From IMG/VR virus record IMGVR_UViG_3300020381_000001: DNA of 63,145 nt; one strand, written 5' to 3'. How positions within the stretch are numbered: the first letter of the stretch is position 1; every line of letters begins with the position of its first letter. Below are positions 57,112 to 63,145 of the stretch, one piece after another. The translations under genes and the position numbers were made by a program. The stretch is from an uncultured virus (IMG/VR IMGVR_UViG_3300020381_000001) (Duplodnaviria > Heunggongvirae > Uroviricota > Caudoviricetes). The notes beneath the pieces were generated by a model. That model ran no database searches, had not been told where the DNA came from, and saw only the letters and a list, made by a program, of their open reading frames with translations.

Positions 57112-57369
57112 ATGTTACAAAAAATCGTAAATGGAATCGCTATTGCAAGTGGTGTTGTGTCTATCACCGTCGTTGGTATTGCTGGTTACGTATATATTCG
57201 TAAAGATGCAATTATCGAAAATGTCAAAAGTAAGGTAATGGAATCAGTATTACCTGGTGGAATTGGTGGAGCACTTGGTGGAGGATTAGGTTTACCTTCC
57301 CCATCAACAGGAGTGCCATCATCACCTAAGACACCATCACCATCACTACCAGTACCTATGCCTTTCTAA
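57112..57369 (+). CDS. Membrane-anchored Pro/Gly-rich protein
   Basis: N-terminal TM segment and low-complexity tail. Confidence 0.7.
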   Translation: MLQKIVNGIAIASGVVSITVVGIAGYVYIRKDAIIENVKSKVMESVLPGGIGGALGGGLGLPSPSTGVPSSPKTPSPSLPVPMPF

Positions 57370-57623
57370 TGGACATACAAAAGATTGCTGTCGGTGTATG
57401 TGCGGTTGGAACTGCATGTGTAGTTGGTGGCACTGCTGTGGTTGATCAAGTTACTAATGGATCTGCAAAGAGAAGAGATGCTACTGTCGAAGCAATTGTT
57501 GAGGAACTGAAACCTTTTATCAAACAACAGATTAAAGATAGTTTTCCATCATCTACTGGTGGAGTGATGGGATTACAACAACCTCAAGTTGATTATAGGA
57601 AAGAAGTGAATGGATCCAATTGA
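57369..57623 (+). CDS. Hypothetical membrane-anchored protein
   Basis: N-terminal hydrophobic segment. Confidence 0.65.
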   Translation: MDIQKIAVGVCAVGTACVVGGTAVVDQVTNGSAKRRDATVEAIVEELKPFIKQQIKDSFPSSTGGVMGLQQPQVDYRKEVNGSN

Positions 57624-58365
57624 AGAAATTAATATACCAAACATACCAATTAGTCAGATAGGATCACGATCATGGATGTATCGTATTCCATCTGTCCCAA
57701 ATAATGATCCACCTGTAACTATACAGTTGGGTTTTCCTATTGTTGAATTACCTGGTTGTGTTGAAGCACATCCAGACAATAAAATAGGGGCAAATTATTT
57801 ACCCCTTGATCGTAATTTAGTAGATGATGATCCAAATGGTGTTCAGATATTGTGCCCAAATGGTGAGTATCCATCATATGATGCACTTAATTTTGAACCA
57901 GAACAAATAATTCCTACAGTTCCAGCACCACCTCCACCAGTTGCACCGCCTGCACCAGAGATTCCTCCTACTGGTGGTCTTGTTACAGAAGAAGAAACAC
58001 CTTGTCCTGGTCCTGGTCAATTGAGAGTTGGAGATCTTACACAGTCAGGTGATGAGAGAGTTATTGGTCATCGACTTCTTCAGGATGGTAAAACCTGTGA
58101 GACATTATATGAACCTACTTCAGTAGTCGAAAAATATCTCCCACCACTAAATCAAACATCGACTGTGACAGCACTTGCAGTTGTAGCAACAGCAGGAGCA
58201 GCAGCGACACCATTATTGATAAGAATTATTAAACCTGTAGTTAAAAAGACATGGGCAAAGATTCAGAAAAAATTAGGTAAAGAAGTTAAGAGACCTTCTA
58301 TGTTAGATATAAAAACAGATAAGTATCGTGAAAAGAAAGGACTTCCACCTATAAAGAGAAAGTAA
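57610..58365 (+). CDS. Pro/Cys-containing protein with a C-terminal TM segment and basic tail
   Basis: PGCVEAH, CPGP...CETLYE, ALAVVATAGAAA, KPVVKK. Confidence 0.75.
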   Translation: MDPIEEINIPNIPISQIGSRSWMYRIPSVPNNDPPVTIQLGFPIVELPGCVEAHPDNKIGANYLPLDRNLVDDDPNGVQILCPNGEYPSYDALNFEPEQIIPTVPAPPPPVAPPAPEIPPTGGLVTEEETPCPGPGQLRVGDLTQSGDERVIGHRLLQDGKTCETLYEPTSVVEKYLPPLNQTSTVTALAVVATAGAAATPLLIRIIKPVVKKTWAKIQKKLGKEVKRPSMLDIKTDKYREKKGLPPIKRK

Positions 58366-58366
58366 T

Positions 58367-59137
58367 CTATTTTTTATTCCACCATTTCCACCCTTTTGAA
58401 ATAGGTTTTAAATCTTCAGCTGTACCCTTTGGTATTATTTTTGATTTTTCTGGTTTTATCTCTTCTGATTTTGGTTTTGGTTTTGGTTTTGGTTTTGGTT
58501 TTGGTGTGATCTGATGATTATGTGGAGCAACAACACCAGCAGGATTTACTAATACAACATCAGCACATACACTATAGTATGGTGACTTTGGATGGAACAT
58601 GATTCCCGCTTTTTTTAATTCGCCACAATTTTTTAATCTGGCGATCTCAAAGTCTAATCTTTTATTTGCAACTGCTTGCGTCATCAAATTAATATTTGCT
58701 TGTGCTGCTTCTTTACATTGTGCTTGCAGATCTTTATCAAGTGGTTTTGACCATGTAGCAGAAAAACCTAATGAAAGTGAGTAGTTATCTTTTTGGTTTG
58801 TTCTTGTAGGAATTTCATATAAAATTTGACCAGGATTATCTGGAATATTATCATCATCATTATCTGCGTTGTTGTAGACTGGATCGAGGTACAGACTTTC
58901 GAACGGTTTTTTGTATGAAACCGATCCATTTGCGTATGGTGTAAGGTTCATGGTAGGTCCTTGACATTGTATGCCAGCACCATAAGTATTAGTTATATAT
59001 GGACCTTGTAAAACTTGAATTGCCTGGTTGGTCACTGAGCCCGATGAATTCGCAATCGGGTTTGCTGTTGCACTTACACCACCTACATCAGTTGCGAATG
59101 AAGGGGATGCTGTTCCTAATGTAAGTATCGCAATCAG
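58367..59137 (-). CDS. Secreted hypothetical protein, probable non-AUG start
   Basis: Signal peptide begins at the upstream stop (CTGA overlap); VSATANPIANSSGSVTNQA and RLDFEIARLKNC. Confidence 0.7.
   Translation of the reverse strand: MIAILTLGTASPSFATDVGGVSATANPIANSSGSVTNQAIQVLQGPYITNTYGAGIQCQGPTMNLTPYANGSVSYKKPFESLYLDPVYNNADNDDDNIPDNPGQILYEIPTRTNQKDNYSLSLGFSATWSKPLDKDLQAQCKEAAQANINLMTQAVANKRLDFEIARLKNCGELKKAGIMFHPKSPYYSVCADVVLVNPAGVVAPHNHQITPKPKPKPKPKPKSEEIKPEKSKIIPKGTAEDLKPISKGWKWWNKK
58469..58504. repeat. (TTTTGG)6 perfect microsatellite encoding a PK repeat
   Basis: Six identical hexamers. Confidence 0.9.
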
Positions 59138-59577
59138 TTTGAGAACTGACTGGTTGTGTTTGTGACACTTTGGATTTCTGTGGTGCGCTGTATTATTGTT
59201 TGCGTCTTGAGCCCTGGTCCAGAATAACTTTCCGTAAATTGGAACCCTCCTACTGGAGATGTTACTGTGAAGTTTGGTTTTGTACTTAGGTCTAAACCAG
59301 TCCATGTCGAAGTCACTCCTTCAATAGTATTACTAGTCGTTATATTTGCTGTTGGTGATATCGATGTTCCATCCATTTGTACATTTGTACCAGTAATTAC
59401 ATACTGATATCCTGTATCGTAGTTCATCGAATTTATGGTCTCCGTTACCGTACTCGTAGTTTCGGTAGTTGAAGTCATTGCGCCCTGGGTGAAATTAGGG
59501 ACCACTGGAACAGCAGTCGCAGTCCTCGCACTCGCAAGGACAAACACACCCACAGCTAGGACAAGTATCTTTTTCAT
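59134..59577 (-). CDS. Secreted Thr-rich hypothetical protein
   Basis: Signal peptide, AVPVVPNFTQG, GGFQFTESYSGPG. Confidence 0.8.
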   Translation of the reverse strand: MKKILVLAVGVFVLASARTATAVPVVPNFTQGAMTSTTETTSTVTETINSMNYDTGYQYVITGTNVQMDGTSISPTANITTSNTIEGVTSTWTGLDLSTKPNFTVTSPVGGFQFTESYSGPGLKTQTIIQRTTEIQSVTNTTSQFSN

Positions 59578-59595
59578 TTGTCATTATAGCACAAA

Positions 59596-60156
59596 TTATT
59601 GGATAGTCAACGTAGTCACTACCTGACCCGTAGCTGTAGTACCCGCGCCGCCAGCTGTTAGAGAAATCGCACCGTCTGTGGCAATAGTTCCAGCGAGTGA
59701 ACCTGCATGACCACCAGAAGATGTTACAGTGTTACCATATGCTGGCATATCCATAACTGTTCCATATGAGTTAATCTCAGGAGCAGCATTGTCACCTGTC
59801 ACAGCAGCAGTGTATGTGTGTGCAGTAACATCAACACCAGATCCAATAGTATTTGTTGCGTCACCTAATGTGAAACTTTCCGTTAGCGAGAAAGCATCAC
59901 CAGCTGTGGTAACTGTATAAACACCATCAGTGTGACCTGCTGCTGCTGTTGCACCAGTTTGAGCAGCAATACCACCCATAGTACTAGCAGTGAGGTTTGT
60001 ACCTTGAACACTGTAGGTTGAACCAATTCTTGTTGCATCTGTTGCTGCAGCATCAACACGAAGTTGAGTTGATGCAGAAATTGTATGTGTTATATCGGCC
60101 ATTGCTGGTGCACTAAATCCACCAAGCATTAATAATATAGGTAAGAGTTTTTTCAT
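59596..60156 (-). CDS. Secreted Ala/Gly/Thr-rich hypothetical protein
   Basis: Signal peptide APAMA|DI; GGHAGSLAGTI...AGGAGTTATGQ. Confidence 0.8.
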   Translation of the reverse strand: MKKLLPILLMLGGFSAPAMADITHTISASTQLRVDAAATDATRIGSTYSVQGTNLTASTMGGIAAQTGATAAAGHTDGVYTVTTAGDAFSLTESFTLGDATNTIGSGVDVTAHTYTAAVTGDNAAPEINSYGTVMDMPAYGNTVTSSGGHAGSLAGTIATDGAISLTAGGAGTTATGQVVTTLTIQ

Positions 60157-60184
60157 CTGTAAAAATACCTATTACTTACTGCTC

Positions 60185-60213
60185 TATTTAGTTTAAAAAA
60201 AAGTGTATAAATA
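60185..60213. promoter_or_regulatory. Back-to-back late promoters
   Basis: CTAAATA on the minus strand (60185-60191) and TATAAATA on the plus strand (60206-60213). Confidence 0.6.
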
Positions 60214-60244
60214 AACCAGTACAAATATTAATTAATTACTTATT

Positions 60245-60514
60245 ATGTCTGAACAACAAGATCATTTAAAAAACCTTTTGGCGCAAAGGGATGGGTTAGT
60301 AAATGAAATAAATGACCTGAATTCTCAAGCTGCATCAAAGAGGGAATTGTTACTAAGAGCTGCAGGAGCTATCGAATACTTGCAACAAATTGGAGTAGCA
60401 CTTCCAGAACCAGAAGAAGCACCACCAACAGAAGGTGAGACACCAGCAGTTGAAGGTGAAGTAGTTAATGCAGAAGGAAGTGTACCAACACCAGTACAAA
60501 CTAATTTTAACTAA
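60245..60514 (+). CDS. Coiled-coil hypothetical protein
   Basis: GAIEYLQQIGV motif and acidic tail; late promoter upstream. Confidence 0.75.
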   Translation: MSEQQDHLKNLLAQRDGLVNEINDLNSQAASKRELLLRAAGAIEYLQQIGVALPEPEEAPPTEGETPAVEGEVVNAEGSVPTPVQTNFN

Positions 60515-60518
60515 AGGG

Positions 60519-60547
60519 TTGACAAATAATATAAACACTGTTATATT
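60519..60547 (+). promoter_or_regulatory. Sigma70-like promoter of the structured RNA/talC unit
   Basis: TTGACA-17 nt-TATATT with a TG extension. Confidence 0.75.
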
Positions 60548-60553
60548 ATATTT

Positions 60554-60743
60554 GTTGGACGCAACATAGGGAGTGACTGAATAAACTTACTGGCATAGTG
60601 CTGGTTAAGGTGATGAGACACAGGTGGTGCTGCTGCGAAAGCAGAATCGACTTACCAGTCGGGTCTCAGGCAAAAACGTATTTACTCTGTAGTAATGCCC
60701 GTTTTTTGTTGGTACACAGGAATCCAACCTCCCCCCTTTTTTT
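60554..60743 (+). ncRNA. Large structured RNA, probably the manA RNA motif
   Basis: GC-rich ~190 nt intergenic region. Stems GTTG/CAAC, TGAGAC/GTCTCA, CTGC-GAAA-GCAG, CGACT/AGTCG, GGCAT/ATGCC and GTTGG/CCAAC; upstream of talC. Family name is from recall. Confidence 0.65.
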
Positions 60744-60758
60744 ATCTTTATTAATTAA

Positions 60759-61409
60759 ATGAAAATATTTTTAGATACTGCTGATACAACTGCGATACAA
60801 GAAGGATTTAATACAGGTTTAATTGATGGTGTTACAACCAATCCAACTCTTATTAGAAAAGGTGGAAGAGATCCAGAGGAAGTATATAAAGAACTAATTG
60901 CTATGGGTGTCTCCGATGTAAGTATGGAGGTTGTTGGTAATAGAAAAGAAATGTATATGGAAGGTGAGAGACTTTCAAAAAAATTTGGAAGTTATGCAAC
61001 TATTAAAGTTCCTTGTACACCTGATGGACTTGCAGTATGTAGAGAACTAACAAAACTGATAGTTAGAGTCAATGTAACTCTTATATTTTCACCATCACAG
61101 GCAATACTTGCTGCCAAAGCAGGTGCAGCATACGTATCACCATTTGTAGGAAGAGTTGATGACAATTCTTTTGGTGGTTTGTGTTTGATCAAAGACATTG
61201 CAAACATCTATGAAAAACAAAATTGGAAGAACACTGAAATACTTGGAGCATCAATACGTAATGTTAGAGATGTAGGTCGTGCATTTGAGTATGGGGCAAA
61301 CATATGTACTTTGCCACCGACTGTGTTTAATAAAATGTATAATCATATATTAACTGATAAGGGGTTAGAGTTGTTTGAAAATGATTGGAAATCTGTATCA
61401 AATTTTTAA
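60759..61409 (+). CDS. talC: Transaldolase (TalC/Fsa family)
   Basis: IFLDTAD, GVTTNPTL, IKVP, NVTLIFS and YVSPFVGR motifs. Confidence 0.96.
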   Translation: MKIFLDTADTTAIQEGFNTGLIDGVTTNPTLIRKGGRDPEEVYKELIAMGVSDVSMEVVGNRKEMYMEGERLSKKFGSYATIKVPCTPDGLAVCRELTKLIVRVNVTLIFSPSQAILAAKAGAAYVSPFVGRVDDNSFGGLCLIKDIANIYEKQNWKNTEILGASIRNVRDVGRAFEYGANICTLPPTVFNKMYNHILTDKGLELFENDWKSVSNF

Positions 61410-61410
61410 T

Positions 61411-61761
61411 ATGAATAAGTTACTAATAGCAGTTTTATCTGCTTCTTCACTATCACTTGTATCTCATGCAGACACTTTTTTTAATGCTGAAATAAATGGG
61501 GTTTATCCAGAGGGAAAATATTCGGTTGGAACTGTAGAACTACAGTATGGTTATAAAGATAATGATAATAAAAAGAGTTGGTATATCTCTGGTGGTCCTA
61601 TCGCAACTGACACAGCATTTACTGATGAGTTAGAATATACATTTGGTGGATTTCTTGGTGGTGCATATCGAATCAATGATAAAACTGCTGTGTATGGGGA
61701 GATATTTGGAGACACTAATGAGACTGTCATTGGGAAAACTGGATTTACTTATACGTTTTGA
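61411..61761 (+). CDS. Small outer-membrane beta-barrel protein 1
   Basis: Signal peptide, amphipathic strands, C-terminal GFTYTF beta-signal. Confidence 0.7.
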   Translation: MNKLLIAVLSASSLSLVSHADTFFNAEINGVYPEGKYSVGTVELQYGYKDNDNKKSWYISGGPIATDTAFTDELEYTFGGFLGGAYRINDKTAVYGEIFGDTNETVIGKTGFTYTF

Positions 61762-61780
61762 AATACTAATAAATGTATCG

Positions 61781-61810
61781 CTTGACACAATCTTAACCTT
61801 GTGTTAAACT
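61781..61810 (+). promoter_or_regulatory. Sigma70-like promoter overlapped by a Pho-box-like triple repeat
   Basis: TTGACA-17 nt-TAAACT; CTTGACAC-AAT-CTTAACCT-TGT-GTTAAACT. Confidence 0.6.
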
Positions 61811-61820
61811 AAATACCATT

Positions 61821-61912
61821 ACAAAGGACTCGAAAGATCGTAACCCTGCGTAGATAAAAAGACCCCCATGTCGGGGTGGTCTAACATCCGCAGGATTTTT
61901 TCTTGCGAGAAA
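61821..61912 (+). ncRNA. Candidate structured 5' leader RNA
   Basis: Nested stems CTCGAAAGA/TCTTGCGAG, CCTGCG/CGCAGG and GACC-CCC/GGG-GGTC. Confidence 0.5.
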
Positions 61913-61924
61913 CTAAAAACAAAA

Positions 61925-62284
61925 ATGATTAAATCACTCTTAGCAGTAGCAGCAGTCTCTGCATTCTCAGCACCTGTATTAGCAGGTCCTTACGTCGGTA
62001 TCGACACAAAAACTAAGTTCACAGGTTCTAACTACTCTTCCACAGAATTTGAAGGAACTCTCGGTTACGAAGGTAAAGTTGGTACTACTAAGTACTTTGT
62101 AGAAGGTGGTCCTGTTACAACTCTAGACGATGGTGAAGATTCAGAAACAGAATTCTTCATTGCATCTGGTGTAGGTTTCCCTATCACAGATTCAGTTGGT
62201 GCTAAAGCATCCATCAAGTATGAATCAAATGATGGTGGAGATAACAAGTACGAAGTCAAAACTGGGCTAAAGTACAAGTTCTAA
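61925..62284 (+). CDS. Small outer-membrane beta-barrel protein 2
   Basis: Signal peptide ...APVLA|GPYV, GYEG, YFVEGGP, C-terminal GLKYKF. Confidence 0.8.
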   Translation: MIKSLLAVAAVSAFSAPVLAGPYVGIDTKTKFTGSNYSSTEFEGTLGYEGKVGTTKYFVEGGPVTTLDDGEDSETEFFIASGVGFPITDSVGAKASIKYESNDGGDNKYEVKTGLKYKF

Positions 62285-62302
62285 ATCACACTTGACTAAC
62301 TC

Positions 62303-62332
62303 AAGACCTCTACATTGTAGGGGTCTTTTTTT
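62303..62332 (+). terminator. Rho-independent terminator
   Basis: AAGACCTCTAC-ATT-GTAGGGGTCTT followed by a T-tract. Confidence 0.85.
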
Positions 62333-62379
62333 ATGTCAAGATTCCGTAACAATAAATATGTTACAGGAGGTTAAGACAA

Positions 62380-62553
62380 ATGTTACACTTATTAGGTAGA
62401 GGACAAGCACCAGAATGGGACGAAGATAAACACGATATAGATGAGGTCTTTGCCTTTCTGTGTTACAGGGGAATACACTATGCGAAGTGGGTATTCGTAG
62501 GTGATATCTTTGGGCAAAATTGGAATGTAAAGAATCCAAGACAAGAAGATTAA
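62380..62553 (+). CDS. 57-aa protein with a DUF4278-like LxYRGxxY motif (not in the ORF track)
   Basis: AGGAGG RBS; ...FLCYRGIHYAKW... Confidence 0.6.
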   Translation: MLHLLGRGQAPEWDEDKHDIDEVFAFLCYRGIHYAKWVFVGDIFGQNWNVKNPRQED

Positions 62554-62609
62554 GAGAGGGTAAACGGTATTCTAAGATACATTTACTTTACAAAAAGTAA
62601 TAGACAATC

Positions 62610-62632
62610 AAGGCCCAACAAGGGTCTTTTTT
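62610..62632 (+). terminator. Rho-independent terminator
   Basis: AAGGCCC-AACAA-GGGTCTT followed by a T-tract. Confidence 0.75.
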
Positions 62633-62722
62633 ATGTCAGGAAACCAAAATTAAGACAAGTTTAATAATGTATTAAGGATTACATAACGTGTATAATATAA
62701 GAAGGTTTATTCTAGAAAAACT

Positions 62723-63082
62723 ATGAAAGCATTAGCAGTCGGCCTGCTCGCACTTGGTGTATCAGCACCAGCATTCGCAGGACCATACGTTTCATCCAAG
62801 GTAGCAGCCAAGGGTGAGAACTCAGATTATGAAAAGACAGAAGTAGAAGTACGTCTTGGATACGAAACAAAAACAGGTAATTTAAAACCTTACATCGAAG
62901 TCGGCCCTAACTGGGAGATGAAAAATGGTGAGGATGATGCAGATTTCTTTAAAGCACTTGAAGTTGGAACTAAGATTAAGTTAAGTGACAACATCAGCTC
63001 TAAGGTTAAAGCAGAATATGTATTCGACGACGACGGAGACGTTGAATGGAAATATGAAGCTGGATTCACATACGATCTATAA
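62723..63082 (+). CDS. Small outer-membrane beta-barrel protein 3
   Basis: Signal peptide ...APAFA|GPYV, RLGYE, PYIEVGP, C-terminal GFTYDL. Confidence 0.8.
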   Translation: MKALAVGLLALGVSAPAFAGPYVSSKVAAKGENSDYEKTEVEVRLGYETKTGNLKPYIEVGPNWEMKNGEDDADFFKALEVGTKIKLSDNISSKVKAEYVFDDDGDVEWKYEAGFTYDL

Positions 63083-63087
63083 AGACG

Positions 63088-63145
63088 ATGAAAATCCTAC
63101 CACTAGTCGGGGCTGCACTGTTAGGTGCATCCCCCTTTTCGGTGA
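63088..63145 (+). CDS. Start of a further secreted protein (3'-truncated)
   Basis: MKILPLVGAALLGASPFSV... signal peptide running off the window. Confidence 0.5.
   Translation, partial: MKILPLVGAALLGASPFSV

Noticed and set aside
359..62539. Many short minus-strand and alternate-frame ORFs in the track (e.g. 1276-1596, 7327-7800, 22056-22607, 48909-49223, 52948-53385)
   Set aside because: They are antisense or off-frame shadows of well-supported genes and have no motifs or RBS.
62567..62580. NtcA-like box GTA-N8-TAC
   Set aside because: No convincing -10 at the canonical distance, a terminator follows directly, and the motif is short enough to occur by chance.
1..63145. tRNA genes, CRISPR arrays, reverse transcriptase/DGR, integrase or transposase
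   Set aside because: None were recognised by eye; tRNAscan-SE and repeat finders would be needed to exclude weak cases.

Overview
This window is a 63 kb segment of an AT-rich T4-like (Kyanoviridae-type) cyanophage, most likely infecting Prochlorococcus. It runs from the head/tail morphogenesis block (gp17-gp23, gp3) through recombination and transcription genes (uvsY, uvsW, gp55, gp47, gp46) and replication genes (gp45, gp44, gp62, regA, gp43, uvsX, gp41, gp61, nrdAB). It ends in an accessory region with auxiliary metabolic genes (pebS, PTOX, talC; psbN, hsp20, mazG and a cobS-like gene lie earlier), a divergent late cluster of secreted proteins, a manA-like structured RNA and an array of small outer-membrane beta-barrel genes. 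The most interesting signals are regulatory. They are a ROSE-like RNA-thermometer hairpin over the hsp20 ribosome-binding site, an exact 38-bp terminator/promoter cassette duplicated around a ParB-like gene, and a pseudoknotted RNA starting at the second cassette's predicted transcription start. Also notable are a 24-bp palindromic motif at identical spacing before the CobT-like and CobS-like genes, Pho-box-like repeats and a structured leader in the beta-barrel array, and T4-type capsid-targeting sequences on several proteins, including a nucleotidyltransferase. All calls come from reading the sequence; no database searches were run.
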